Shown here piece after piece: positions 1 to 14,232 of a DNA stretch of 62,833 bases (its first letter is position 1; the number at the start of each line of letters is the position of its first letter). A model generated the notes under the pieces. That model was not told where the DNA came from, ran no database searches, and saw only the letters and a program-made list of their open reading frames with translations. Both the position numbers and the translations under genes were made by a program. The stretch spans positions 310,001-372,833 of the forward strand of contig JBEWZL010000227.1 in assembly GCA_045837725.1 (NCBI GenBank), read 5' to 3'. This stretch comes from Vermamoeba vermiformis. Lineage: Eukaryota.

Positions 1-70
1 TTGGAAATTTGACGCGTTAAAAAATAGATCAGCAGTAAAAGAACTTAATTTGGATAAATTTGAATATAAT

Positions 71-2112
71 ATGGAGAAGAACGACGATAGAGTTATTAAC
101 AACGAGGAGTAAGTGTTAGACAATCTATTTTCGATAAATTTCTCACTTTATTTATTCTTAATTCATATTAATCTTTTAATCGTTATTAGTAATCAATTTT
201 ATATGCATTTAATGCTATTCAAATAGCAATATTATATTACGGATTTATTTTATTATTTTAAATACGCACCTCAAACAAATAATGCGATGTGACGTCACAT
301 CGAGGCTTACATAATGATTTCAGCAATCTACTATTATAATAATGTGCTATTTCAGGTTCGAGAACGATGCCGCTACAACAGCAGCAGATCTGATTCTAGA
401 TGTTGAAAACAAAATAACCGATGCCATGAGCCCAAGTGAGGCAGTCAAATGCAACGACGATAATAATGAAATTCATATATCAAACAACAATAATACCATG
501 GACGCAGCTGCTCAAAGTTCAAGCAATAATCTGCAACAAGCGAAACTTTCTAAAAAAGGAAACTCCGTTACCTTTCATACAGAACAACAGAGACAACGCG
601 CGATAGGCCTTAATAGCGCCTCTAAAGAGGATAAGAAGTATTTACAATTAAATGACGCGTTTTTCCCGCCAATGAAAGTTGAAAAAGGCAGTTGGCTGTC
701 CGAGAATAAAGAAAATGCGCAGCCCTTCTCAATTTACAAGAAAAAGAATGCCATATTGCCGTAAGTATATTAATATACATAGTATATTCGCTAGAAGTAT
801 TGATGTTCCGCTTTTAAGTCTAATTTGGCGTTTTCGCTTGATCAGATCAAACTTTTGAAATTTTGAAACTTTTAAAGCGACAACATCCCTTATTAGTATA
901 TAATATTATGAACGACACTATCTAAATGAATTGCACGTCATTCACATATTTAAAACAAATGCAAATTAGTTTTCTTTCGAATGTCCGTTCACGAACTGAT
1001 TTCCTTTTATAGCAAACCGACGAAAAACGTTATCTACGTGATACCCCTGGGAGACTTCCCAGAAGGTCTATCGCCAGATTTGTCAATCGTGCAACACTTC
1101 ACGGCCAGTTACTTTTACCCCGTTACAGTCGTGTTTTTGACACCTGTCAAAGAAATCGAGCGTACAGACCTCCATATGACAGTTGAGATTGAAGATGTCA
1201 AAAACAGGCTTGTAAAGCGACGCTACAAGCTGGCGATTGAGCTCCGAAATGGCAAAGTCATGTTTTTGACAGGTGACATCAAAGACATGTTGTTGAAAGA
1301 GAAATATTACTTGACCAATCGTAAGTACACCAATGACATCCACGTGATTTGTCGTGTCCGGACAGTAACGTATACGATGGCACGTGTCAAACGGCGTGTT
1401 CGAAAATCATTTCACTGAAATTCATTGCCACGCGACACGTAGCGCAGTTTTCATTCAATGACACGTTAAATTAACTTTGACATTTCTAAGTGTCATTTCG
1501 CGACGTTCTTCGTAATGACACGTGTCAACTCATGTTATCGATGCATTTCCCACCGAACTAACCGAGTAAATTTCACTTAGCATTCTGCGTCACGGCGATT
1601 ACTTTATGCGGCCTATTCACGAACTCTAAGGAATCCAAGTACCGCTATTTGTTAGGTAAATTATTCGACATCCGGCAAACGGATCAAATCCACAAAAAAA
1701 AACTAGCAGATCTAACTAAAAGTTCCTTATATGATTAGGTGAAGCATCAATAGGCCGTGGAGTAGGCGTGTTTCGCTGCGCTGGTTACAACAATCCTGAC
1801 GCCGTAAATTACCGCGACAAGTTGCTTCGACGTGCGTGTCAAGTACTTGCGCACGAGATTGGACACTTGTTTGGCCTCGAACACTGCACGTACCACGAGT
1901 GCGGCATGAACGGTGCCGTTGATATTCAAGAGAACGATCAGCTGCCGATTCATTTGTGTCCTGTGTGCCTCCACAAGCTCACATATGCGACTGGTTGCAG
2001 CATCAAAAACCGTTACGAAACATTGCTAGAATTTTACAAGCAACACTCAGCTTTTGTCCAAGAATACGACTGGCTGAATAGAAGACTAAAACACGTCTCG
2101 GAATCACTTTAG
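71..2112 (+). CDS. Archaemetzincin-like zinc metalloprotease (peptidase M54), 5 exons
   Basis: Exons 71-108, 356-760, 1013-1320, 1581-1655 and 1739-2112 join in frame at GT-AG junctions. The last exon has the metzincin motif HEIGHLFGLEHC, followed by C-x-MNG and LCPVCLHKL as in archaemetzincins. Confidence 0.9.
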
Positions 2113-2371
2113 CTGGCGGTACTGACGAAAAACTATTTCACAAATTGCCACCGGATCCACGTGGTTTGACACCTGTCATGTCACATGTCATGCCATCAGA
2201 CTGGCCGACGTAGTTCGTCCAAGTGATGCGAGAGTGTTGGAATATCTCTAAGCTTGAACTGGACACGATATGCAATTGACTGTCACATCAATCGAGCTTT
2301 CAAATAAACATACGATTATGTTTAGCAAACATTACATTTGCAATGAATTGAGAAGGTATTTAGTAAAAGGC

Positions 2372-2437
2372 ATAATCAACTACAGCTACAAAGCATCAAA
2401 TGTCAAACTTAGAAAAACAAACTGGCGAAACTCGCGA
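2372..2437 (+). repeat. Dispersed ~65-70 bp repeat, copy 1
   Basis: AAGCATCAAATGTCAAACTTAGAAAAACAAACTGGCGAAACTCGCGA is nearly identical to sequence in 21221-21291. Confidence 0.75.
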
Positions 2438-2574
2438 CGACCTACAGCGGTAAATCTCAATAATCATGTCAGGTTTTCCTAACACAGCTCGCGTCCTTTT
2501 TTTGGTGAATAACGTCACGAAATATAAATAACGCATTGTGCTGAGGCCTTTACGAGCGGAACAGTTTATTAGTT

Positions 2575-5053
2575 TCATTTGATGTCCCGCACGAGTTTCA
2601 AAGCCCTTTCATAAGTCAAATTGTGCTTAGGTTTGATTGCTTGTTGAAACTCTTCTTTCGTCGGCATCACAAAGGCGTTGCTGTCTTTCAAAAATTTCAA
2701 CGCGGTTTCATTTTGAGTCTTCAACGCTTCAATGCTGAGAATATTGTGCCATGTAGGCGTACTCTTACTAACATTATGTGACACGGATTGCCATAAATTC
2801 TGCAAACAGCGCCAATCAGTCTCGTATTTGAACATAAATTTGATGAATTTGAGATGACAAGCTGAGTACTGTGCCAAGTACAAGATCGATTTTTTTGTTT
2901 TTCTAAAAATAGAATAATTTAATTGCGTCGTTTCTTTTGCTGTCGCGTGTAATATTCCATAAGATAATCCGCTCCTTGCAAAGAATTCAATAGCCCAAAG
3001 ATTATTTTTGAACCAACTAGCTGGTCGTGTGCATCGATTAACGTGATGACCGCGGAATCTATAAGCAACATAATGAGCCAATGAGCTAATTAAGGGAGGC
3101 TCGTCAATAAAATCAACAATTAATCGGATCAGATCGCGCGGAAGATTTTTAAACCCGATAGACTCGCCACTAGCATGCGTCCAAGCCAATAATACTGTCA
3201 TTTTCGTGTCTGTAATAATCTTGCGTTGTTTGCATAAATTTTTGTACTGATCCAACACAAAATTCCAGATTTGGGTTCGTTCGATATCATCCCATGCGTC
3301 CATTAATACTTTCAAGTCTTTAGCATTCGCTGGCATCGCTTTAGCGATATATTGGACCCATAAATTCGTCGAAATTGTTCCTCCTAATTTAATAATCTTT
3401 CTAATGATCGGCAACTTCTGCTCTGAAATTTCATCTCCTTCCCATTCAAACCTCACCCTGCATAATAAAATTAATAAATTATGAATAAAATTATTATTAT
3501 TGGTTACTTTTTAATTGGACAGAGGTCAAACAGCCATTCAACAATGTCTTGGCGGATGTCGTCAACAAAGTTTAAGTACTCGATTAGCGGATGAGGCTGA
3601 CTATTAGTGCATATAGAAGTGCTCGGATAGGAGTCGCTTTTGCTTAATATAGTCCTCCAGTCAAAGCCTGATATGAATTTAAAATAGCGAAAAAAACAAA
3701 TTTGTATATTGGATCAAAATTAATATTAATGACAATTAATTGGCCTAATTTATACTAATATAAGTATATATACGCACCGTGAGTATTCTGCAGCTGTTTC
3801 ATGCCTTCTAGATCATGCGCAGCTAATCGTAGATAAAATTCATATAGACCCAAGTCTTTGATGCCCGTAGTGTTCAAAAATCCATATTTAGGCAATTTTC
3901 CGATAGTTTTTTCGTTAAATAATTGTTTTTTCCACGAAGATTGATGATAAAATAACCGCGATCCATAGAACCCAACCAAAAACGCATCTCTCGTACTGAT
4001 ACACCATTCTGATAATTATAATATATTATATATATAATAACATATATGGACTTACGTCTAAACATATGCTCGATCTCTCGGCGCATTAAATTGCCAAAAA
4101 ACCACGGCTGTTTGTCGATCGGCTGTTGCAACAATTCTTTTGTGACTTCAATCCTTGTACTTTGATCCTTAAATATACGTTCTATCAAATATAGTCAGTA
4201 TTTTTAAACAATAGAACAATAACGATTAGATTTTACCTTGTTTCTGGGTCATTGATCGTAAAATCGATTCGCAGCTGTAGAATCCCTGTATTTTATAGCG
4301 ATAGAGGTCCATCAAATAGCCACCAATGTCATATTTGAATGACGTATTTTGCTGTATTGTTGCAGTAATCAGATCCATGTGTTGGTTCGGATCGACGTTA
4401 CAAAAAGTTAGCATCCGGCATAACAAGAGCTGTAATTTGTCGTGCCATCCATTCTTAGAAGCCAATTTCAGCGCACCCATCAATATATTAGGTCTAAAAT
4501 CTGGAAATATTGGCTGCACTTGAAACCATTCAGTTCGAAAATTTTGGATGGATCCACAATGTAAGCCGCGATCGAAGAAGTAGGTCAGATACGAACGCAA
4601 AAAATCGCATGTCGTATGCTGAGTTATATATATAAGCAAGCTATTGAGTTTTCTGACGCTTTCAAGTCTTGTGTAACGCTCAACGAACAAATCTGTTACT
4701 GCAAAAATTTTCACATTAGTAAGAAAGTTTTACTATTATCTCTCTTAGCTTACATGTTTCAAATCCTTCGAAATCATTATTGCGTATAAAGAACTTCAGT
4801 TTGTTAACCACAAACCGAGTTCGATCTGAAAATAAAATTTAGAAACGTTACAAAATTAAATATAACAATACCTCGTACCTCTCACATATCTATAGCTTGT
4901 TTCAATTAATATTTTGTCATTCAAATATTTTTTACATGATTTTGAAGCGATTGACAAATTCAAGACTGATTTAAAGACTTCAAAACTGTCCTCTGATTGC
5001 TTCAATCGAGATACAACGATCAATAATACATTTGTAATGGCTGCTTCGTCCAT
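2575..5053 (-). CDS. Multi-exon protein of unknown function with a degenerate SH2-like domain and a C-terminal helical region
   Basis: ORF fragments 4856-5053, 4226-4714, 3874-4188, 3755-3979, an unlisted exon at ~3508-3667, and 2575-3456 link through GT-AG introns (frame checked for the last four). Spliced sequence includes WFFGNLMRREIEHMFRQWCISTRDAFLVG and FKNLPRDLIRLIVDFI. Confidence 0.65.
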
Positions 5054-5336
5054 TGTTGGTTTCCACCGACGGACAGCGAAAAAATGAAATGAATATTATG
5101 AGACGTGATTACAGTGCTGTTCTTCCTTGGAATATTTCTCCCTAAATCTCGATCATATCGTCAAGTCACTCGAGCAAATGTTCTGTTTATTACTCAACAT
5201 TTAATGACGTGTCGTTATTGACAGCCTGCGTCGCTTACAAGAGAAAAGTAGTCTTCTTCAGCTCCTCTCATTCTTGGGCCATTCCAGACCAGTTGTTTAA
5301 GCTCTATATAGTCGATAGTAACTCTCTAATATGGAC

Positions 5337-6202
5337 TTAGCCAAGGGCGCACGTGACTACATCGTCGACCATTTGACACGACAAGTGACAGCGACAATTT
5401 GACAAGTCATCGCAATTGCATCGAACAATGTCCTGTTGTTCTGGCGCATATGTGACAGGTGAGTCTGTAGTAGTAGCGAGTGGTGCCTCGATAAACATTG
5501 GGGTATTGAAAGGTACATCCGTGGGGACTGATGGAAGTGGGTCACTTGGTGCCTCGTCTGTTGTATATGGTGTGCTTAGTGGCGACTCAATGGGTACTTC
5601 TAATGGAGTAGTTGTCGGGCTCGTATACTTCCAATAAAATCCAGCTTCTAAATTTAGATTCAGAGTACAAGACGAAGGCAAAAACTGAGTGGTGCATGTT
5701 GGTATTTCCGTGAGGTTACACAGCGTGATTTGAGCCGTATCCATCAATATAAATTGTATTGAAATCCACTCATTGCTAGTTTGGTGATATATCTTGACGG
5801 CGTTGTTATTGGGAATGCCTGGAGTCGGTTAGATTTTTTTCAACCAATCCAGATCTTAGTACCTCCGTATGCCATAATATTGCTCTCTTCGCCACAACTT
5901 GTCATAGATTCATAGTAATTTAATACAGCAAAGCCAGAATTATCCAACGCGATAGGGGTGTCACATCTAACTTCGTAAAAATTTCCGTCTCCTACAGGTG
6001 AACAGCCAATTGAGCTACAGTTGGTATTTTCTCTGCCCTAATAATATATCAGATAAATATTATTTTGACTTAATTAATACCCTACATCGTAATAAAATGC
6101 AATTCTTGAATTAGATGCGCAACTTCCGTCGTTGTAGGTTGCTGACAATATTGAGGCCTCCGAGAATGCCACAGAAAATATCAGTAATATGTGAAATAAC
6201 AT
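5337..6202 (-). CDS. Secreted Cys-rich protein with a Pro/Thr-rich stalk and a Cys-rich C-terminus (3 exons)
   Basis: Signal-peptide-like start MLFHILLIFSVAFSEAS, Cys-rich exons, a P/T/E-rich tract (TTTPLEVPIESPLSTPYTT...) and a terminal CNCDDLSNCRCHLSC...C. Confidence 0.7.
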
Positions 6203-6594
6203 GTTTCATTGATATTCTCTTCATAACAATAAAAATTTCATTTTTGACAACTGTTGATAGGCTTTTTATTTAATTTTTCCGCCGTTCAAATTACCGAGGA
6301 ACAATTTACCCACGCGGCGGCACGTGCAAAAGTTGTGTGATTGCCTCGTATCTCCTTAGGAACGGACTTTACTCTTCGGAACAATTCTTTTCATGAATTA
6401 GGTTTCGATAACCCCAATCCCGATCAATCTTGGCGAAATCTCCGTATGAAAGGTGTTGCATCCAACAGTGCTCCATAGAATTTCGAAACTTTATGTACAT
6501 AAAATATTTACGCTGTTTACAAGACTGTAGAAGTCAAAGGAAATAATAGCTATTGCCGCTACAGCACGTCTAATTATCGCATATTAAGTAGCGG

Positions 6595-8430
6595 TTAAGC
6601 TTGATTAATTTGCATGACGCGAGCCGACAAGCTACCACTTTGGGATCTGCTACTGAGGGATAATTTCGTGGCTGAAGGATTGCTGCTAATCTTAGTTTTC
6701 TTCGGCACATTAAATGCCGCAGCTTGCAATACGCTATTGATATCCAGCACTAATGTATTGACGAACCACGCGCTCCAATAGCCCCACGGAATGTACATCG
6801 CATCCGTCAAGCCGTTGATAGCAACATTAATGGCGAACAAAATCATCATTACTCCTGACGCTACGACTCGTTCAGTGGTCTACAAAATGGAACGGTTAGT
6901 ACCACATGACATCTGAGTTTGACACGTGTCACTTACTTTGGCAAGTTTGTTTGACTTCGAGACGGTCTTTTCGCGAGTGCCGGATCGAACGGAATTCACG
7001 ACATTAGCACCAGCAATAAAATAGAAAATTGAAATTGCGAGAGACACCACGACGTAGATAGATCCGGTGATAATCGTCATCAGTCCAATTGGATAATAGA
7101 GGCCTCGTAGAAGAGAACCAGCGAATTCCATTGCAAAAATGAGTGCTACAATGACCCAGAACGGAACTTTCAACTTCTCTACGAACAAACTAACTTTGAG
7201 CTGATTTTTCGTGATTAGTTCTTTCCTGCAAATTGACAGTTAGTATTCGTTTGAAACGATGCTTATACACTCACCAATAGAATGATATCAATAAAGTTGT
7301 CGATAAGGCAAAAGGCCAACTCCCAGTAGCGAATAAGTGATTGAATAAGTTGGGACACAATCGACGCGAGTACATCGGATCCACTGAAATACTGATCAAG
7401 CGGACTACAATACTCACGATAAGAATACGATTCAATTATATCACCGCTGAGTACGTACTTATATTTCCAATAATGTTTCCGATTAGCACCACTTGGGCGA
7501 GTGACCATTGGAATCCTTTGCGACGAAGCCACAAGGCCCATTTGTAGACACAAAAGGCCAAAGAGCTGGCTGTCAAAGGAGTCAAAATTGAGGTTAATGC
7601 AATGGCACCGGGGCCCATAACAATATCCCATGGGTTGTAGTCTAAATATGGAAGGTCATTCATTAGCGAAGTGCGCGAAAGACCTCAAATAGCAAACTTA
7701 CCGCTTGAGGTCATATTCACCACTAGTCTTGTTCCGTTATTGATGAACTGCATTAAGAAGTTATAGTCGGCTAAATTTAGCTCCGTTGATGGCATCTTGA
7801 GCTGCTTAGAATCGCTAGGTAGCAAAAATTAGATCTACTAACGTTTGAAGTTATTTTAAGAAAAGATGCTTCTTACCTTCCGTCCCAGACATAGCTACCA
7901 AGGCCCGCGTACGGAACTATTAAATTAAAATTGAGTATACCAGATCTTGTACTCAAAGGTCTTTAATTTAAACCGGAATATTTCTCAACCGTACCTTCTC
8001 GTCGATATGGAGTAATCACGCCAGCGCTGCCTGCACTGAAATACTCTCGCGACATATCTTCTTGCGCTTTGCCGTTCGGGATATCAACAATAACGATTCT
8101 GCAAGTAATAGTCAGCGAGATCTTGATTAGCTTGCTATTCTGAATAAGCCTTACTTATCGGTAAGATTATCGGCGTCAGGGCCAACAAGTTCAGCGACGA
8201 TAACAAAATCCCAATCAAGAGGACCTACTGTTTTGACTCGCGGCGTTTGAATGATCTGACCTTGATCAGTACAAAAGTAATATTATCGCGATACGTACTT
8301 GTCCTGCGAGCTCTTTCGGCTCAATTATTACCAAGGCATTGCCATAGGATATCATACTTAGAAAGCTAGCGATAACTATCGTGCGTCGAATCGACGATCC
8401 CCACATCCAGTAGCTCCTGCTGTTGATCAT
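6595..8430 (-). CDS. Membrane protein: signal peptide, PA-like extracellular domain and 7TM region (tandem paralog A)
   Basis: Hydrophobic leader, then ALVIIEPKELAG...TPRVKTVGPLDWDF. About seven hydrophobic helices lie in the spliced 3' exons. Colinear with 8733-10787. The start codon is uncertain. Confidence 0.7.
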
Positions 8431-8732
8431 TGTTGCGGTATTCCCATTGAAGATTTTTTCCTGCGACGTCAATTTATAGATGCATAATTCTCTGATTCTT
8501 CGCTAAGACGTTGTTGCCTAACCGGGGCAAATCCAAAAATAGCGAAAAAATTACGTTAAGCGAAAGGCTCTGTTAAATACTTCGAATTTCTGCACTACGT
8601 CATTCCTCGATTAAATTTTCGTACTATGGCGTGCTTTCTGATATACTTCGCAAATGTCTTCAAAGACTGGATGGAACAAAACTTTAGTACACTACACGCA
8701 TAATCGCATTCTTATATTACAAGTTGGTGCTA

Positions 8733-10787
8733 TTAATTATCGCTTATACTTCCTTCGGCAGCAGGAGCGTGAGCGCTGCCAGCAGACTGATTGGTATTGC
8801 TCACTCGACTCAAATCTGTCGAACTGCCAGTATGCTTCTTGCTTGGGACATTAAAAGCGGCTACTTGAAGCACGCTATTAATATTCAAGACTATATTTAT
8901 AACCAGCCAAGCAGACCAGAAGCCCCAAGGTATGTAGAGTACGTCGGTGAGGCCGATCACAGCAACAATAATCGCAAATATGACCATTAAGCTACCTGAT
9001 GCTACAACTCGTTCAGTAGTCTTAATAAATAATTAATATAAACGTTAAATAATATTTTTAGTCAAGATCTAAATACCTTTGTCAATTTCTTCGGCACTTT
9101 TCCAACGCGCGAGCTTGCGCTGCTTTTAAGAGCCTGAACGATTCTTCCTCCTACAATAATAAATTAAATTAATATCAACTTCCGCTACAAATCGATATTA
9201 AGCTCAAAAAAGCCCGACGTTTTCCACATCTTACCTGAGATGAAGTACAACAAAGAGATAGCCAATGAAGCCACGATATATACGACACCAGTTAACGTAG
9301 TCAATGCCCCGAGTGGGTAATAAAGACCACGCAACATCGACGACGTAAACTCCATGGAGAAAATCAATGCTACGATGATCCAGAACGGAATTTTCAACTT
9401 GCGGACAAATAAACTGACTTGAACTCGATTCTTAGTAATTAATTCTTGCCTATTAATGCTTACATCAGTAACGCGGATAAGAGTATGACGATCCGGATTA
9501 TTTCGAGATTAAGTTCAGACTTACCAATAGAACGATATCAATAATGTTGCTGTCAGTGCGAATGGCCAACTTCCGGTCAAAAACAAGTTGTTTACGACAT
9601 TAGGCAAAATTCGACGCGAAAATATTGGATCTACCGACACCGAGAAAAGCCGAACTATGAAACACTGTTAGTTCATAGATAATGTTATAAAATGTGTTGA
9701 TGTGTATTCGTACTTATATTGCCGATAATATTTGCCAATAATACGACTTGCACGAATGACCATTGAAATCCTTTGTATCGCAGCCAAATGTAGTACTTGT
9801 AGAGGCTGAAGCCCAATGAGCCAGCTGTCAGGGGCATTAATACGCATGTGAATGCAATGGCACCGGTACCCATAACAGGGTCCCATGGATTCTCGTCTAT
9901 AAAAGGATATGTGTTCGTGAGAATTGCCTTCGCAATATGCTAGTACACGCGTGTTTGTAAACCATACCGTATGAAGTAAAATTGACGAGTAATCTCGTGC
10001 CATTAAGAATAAATGGCTCTATAAATCTATAATCGACCATATTCAACTCCGCCGATGGTGTATAGACCTGACTCGAGTTACTAAAATAGATCTTGAGTTC
10101 ATGAACGCTTGCATAATTGTATATCGCCATCATCATGATTTACCTTCCGTCCCAAATAAAGCTTCCTAAGCCAGCATATGGAACTAGTATTAATTGTATT
10201 AGTACCGGCGGAGCCCTCCGAAAAAACCAGTTTGCGTACCTTCGTTTCTAAAAGCTGTAATCACACCAAGACTGCCTGTAAGGTTAAATCTTCGCGCCAT
10301 ATCTTCTTGGGATAAGCCAGCAGGAATATCAATCAAAATAATCCTTTTTAGGCAGATTTAGCAAACCGGAACACGAATGTATGGCATCGTCGTGACTTAC
10401 CTTCCAGTGAGATTGGCAGCATCTGGCCCCACGAGTTCAGCGACTATCACATAACTCCAGTCCATTGGTCCGATTGTCTTAATGCGCGGTGTTTCAATTA
10501 TCTGTCAAACATCCGGTCAGAATCATAACCAGCACTAGGTAATAGTGATAATGACTTGATAATAGAAAACTTGAATTTTGATTTACGGAGTAACTAATCG
10601 CGGTCAGAAACGGCAATTACGATCGGTAAAATAGTGATCCGTTAATTATTGCAAGTAATCATTATGTAATTTAAATATAATTACATACCATTCCTGCCAA
10701 TTCTGGAGGTTCGAGAATCACCAACGCATTAGAGCAACAGATCAAAATTGCTAGAACTAAAAATACATTATTTTCGATTAATGGCAT
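8733..10787 (-). CDS. Membrane protein: signal peptide, PA-like extracellular domain and 7TM region (tandem paralog B)
   Basis: Starts MPLIENNVFLVLAILICCSNALVILEPPELAG. Shares KGFQWS-x-x-QVVL, SWPFAL, LRGLYYP, YIPWG-x-WSAW and INSVLQ-x-AAFNVP with paralog A, with largely matching intron positions. Confidence 0.72.
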
Positions 10788-11566
10788 TAAGATTGTATTA
10801 GTGGCATTATTGGTATATAATACACGTGCTCATTTAGGTTTGATTCATTACCTGCGCTAAACATGGAGTACCAACGAACAGATTCGCTTGGCATTTTCAT
10901 GAATAATTGCCGGTTAATGTAACCGAATAACGACCATATAACTGCAAGCGTAGTACTTGACTTAGTGATAAAACTAAAAATAAACAAATTAGCAAGGACA
11001 GACACGGGTTTGGGCGCAAAGTCAACGTCAATCAGCGTCGGGAGTTAGAAATTTGGTAGAACGTATCAGCTATTCTATGACGTTTTGTAATTCACAAAAG
11101 TGGTGATTCAAAGACCAAATTTTACGGTAACTATTGTTTGGCTATAACATAGTTTTGGTGGCGTGCAGAGCTGATAGGGGGGTGTCATTTTTTTTGCCAA
11201 GATTTTTCTGGAGATGTATCCATATTTGGAAGAGATTAAAATTAATGCAAAAACTGTCAACACTGGATAAAATTTTTTGCTTAGTGTATTGTTTGGGGAA
11301 AATTTTGATTTTAGTTGATTGTATAGAAAGAAAGAGAAAAAAATGGGATGAGAGATAGTTGATGAAAGAGAGAATGAAGGGAGAAAAAATATAGAGGGGA
11401 GGGAGGGGGAAAGGGAATTTTATCCACTGATAGAACCTCCGCAAAGAATGCCCAAGTCTTCTGCGCCAGGGTAGCTTATTCGATGCATTTATTTTTGACT
11501 TCACAATTTGAGGGAAGTAATTCTATGTACAAGTGCGATTAAAAGTTAATTGCTGCAAAAGCAGTC

Positions 11567-13557
11567 TTATTCTTGCTTCTTTTGTTCTTGTTGTTGTCGT
11601 TGCTTGCGGGGCTTGTAATAGTAAAAGTAGAACAGAGCCCACGAGAACAAACCGATCAAAAAGATTGCCCATGACCAGACCACAGCAGGAGGATGAGACT
11701 ATAGTGTATCAATATTAATATGTGCCACTAAAGAGTCTATTAAGGCCATGATAACTTACCACAACGTGATCGAATTGGCCCTTAGAGAATTTGACCCAGA
11801 TCAAGATTTCAGTACCAGTAATAGCCAACGCGAGCCAGGCCATAGTACCAATGCGCTTGCATTTACTAATATGGATATTAGTCATATTATTGCTAATTTC
11901 GAGTGAGTAGAAGACTTACGGGTTCGAGATCCATTCGTAATACTCGCGTGTAGCGGGAAGAGCAAACAAGAACCACAAGAACAAACGAGCCGTGACTAAG
12001 GGGTGAGGAGGCGGGTGCCACAAGACAAACTTCAAGAAGAAACAGTTCAACTCGATAACACTTTCCTAAAATGGTAAACGGATCTGTCAGCACGCGTGAC
12101 GTAATCTTGACATCCATTTGTTCAACTTACGAGAGCGATGAAGCCAATAACGGCAAAGAATCGTTTAGGAGACTCGAAGATACTCCAATTGAACTTGGTC
12201 CAGTTGTACGGAGTGAACTGCAAGACCATTCGCTTGGCATTGCTGACGCTGCGACCACGCTTCTTGCCAGCATTTGTACGACCTCCCCAATCGTATTCCT
12301 TAACTTCCAAGTACTTCAAGACCAAGTGGCCGAGGTAAATACCAATACCATTGCAGACTAAGACGTCCAGGATAATCTAAAACATAACATTAGTTTCAAC
12401 AATTAACGGATCTGCATTACGTCAAAAAAAAATTCCAAAAAAACGTACTAGGACGATATATCCATTATTATATTATACGTTTAATACTTACGTGATCCCA
12501 CCAGCACTCTTTGAAGTTTGGCAAGATGTGTTCGAGCGACAACTCCAAGACTTCGAAGAGAATGCTAATGAACCAGCTGAGATAAGCGTCGCGCAGAATC
12601 AACGATTTGCCGAACCAGCCGAGCAAATGCGCAATAAGAAACTCGTCGTAGACAGTTCCCTAATCATTCAACCATTAATAAGAATTTCAAACACAAAAAA
12701 TTGAATAACCACTAATGTTTCAATAATAACGACGCGTCATTATTATTCGTATTGTCGTTATCACTTAAATTAATATTATTGAGCAAAAAATTGAATGGTG
12801 GCAATCGGAGTTTTGAAAAATTAAAGCGTACCATAACATTCTTGAACTGAGACTCGGGATTCTCAGGAGTAAATATTCTACAGTCCTCTGCATATGATCG
12901 CTCGGGCAGAGGTACACCAAGTGCCGGATCAATAAAACTGAAAAGACGTCGCGCGTCATCTGCTGTCTACGGATCGAAAATATTAGTCCGATGCAAATAG
13001 TGTTATAATTAATAAAATGCTATTAATTATATGATATTTATGTACTACTGAATATTTTTTGGATTTTTCATAACTGGATCTGGTCGTTGAACATGAAGTT
13101 AAGCAGAAAGAAGCTTGAATACTTACTTGGAAGAGCATATATACACAACCTAATAAATATAGAACGGCGCAACCCATAACTATACGCCAGAAAGCTGGAT
13201 GTGGACGAACAAATAGTCCGTCGCGCATCTGTTGCATGGAAAAAAATAAAAATACCAAGATCATGGCAAAAAATCCCCTATTATAATAATACGTTAGATA
13301 TCATTAATACACTAATTTTCAGATCGCGGGATCGGATCTTACATTTTAATGTTATAAGCAGAATTCTCTTCAGCACGGGTATGATAGAATGCAAAATATA
13401 CCAATACAATACCCGCAAATAACAGAGCAGTAAGAGTGTGCGGCTGTTTGAAAAACAATACCTCATCCTCTTCTGCTACTCTGCGCGGTGAATCTGGCTT
13501 GCCATTTTGATCATCGAGCGTTTCGCCGTTATGCGTTGATATACGCGGCGACTTCAT
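11567..13557 (-). CDS. PTDSS: Phosphatidylserine synthase (base-exchange PTDSS1/2 family)
   Basis: Motifs KQPHTLTALL, DGLFVRPHPAFWR, LQFTPYNWTKFNW and multiple TM segments. The spliced C-terminus ends ...QEQKKQE-stop at 11567. Confidence 0.92.
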
Positions 13558-14232
13558 CGTGTTAATCGTGTCAACTGACGTATGGAAATGACGATAAACG
13601 CGTTGGCTGTGTTTTTTTTCGTCCGCGAGTGAAATCACTACTGAACACAACACAAAACTGACCTCAAATAGTACTGAAATGATAGGAATAGCATGACTAT
13701 GTTGGCGCCGATCATAATAATGCCCGATTTATCGGTTGGTAGTGAGCTGAAATGCAATCTGCAACGGTTTGGTGCCACGTGATCCGATCGCAATATTTAA
13801 AGCAATTATTGCAACAATTTGACTAAAAATATGACAATTTCGCGTGAGTCTAACACCGACGTTTTGTTTGGGAAGTCACGCTCGGACTTTTTATTTGAAT
13901 TGCACTGCCAGTCACAGATTGAGCATCCGCTCGCAGTATTTTAAACGCCACCCTCAATATTTACTATAACCAACGTGATATTGTGTATAGCGTGAATGCT
14001 AACTGTAATTGCCTGACCCGTGGCCAATTTCAACGATCCTCCGCAAGAATTTGGCCCAAAATCTTTTTTGAGTTGATTTGGGTAAAAAGAACCAGAGAGT
14101 GCGTCAAATATTAACTTTAGAAGCTAAACGAGTACAGCTTTGCTATACTTATTTATTTGCCTCCTAAGCTATTTCCTACCTTGGCGAGGTTTTCAAATCA
14201 AACATCAGTAACAGCAAAACGTTTAGTGATAA

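Noticed and set aside
11134-11504. ORFs and a purine/G-rich tract downstream of PTDSS
   Set aside because: Low-complexity, strand-skewed intergenic or 3' sequence. The translations look non-coding.
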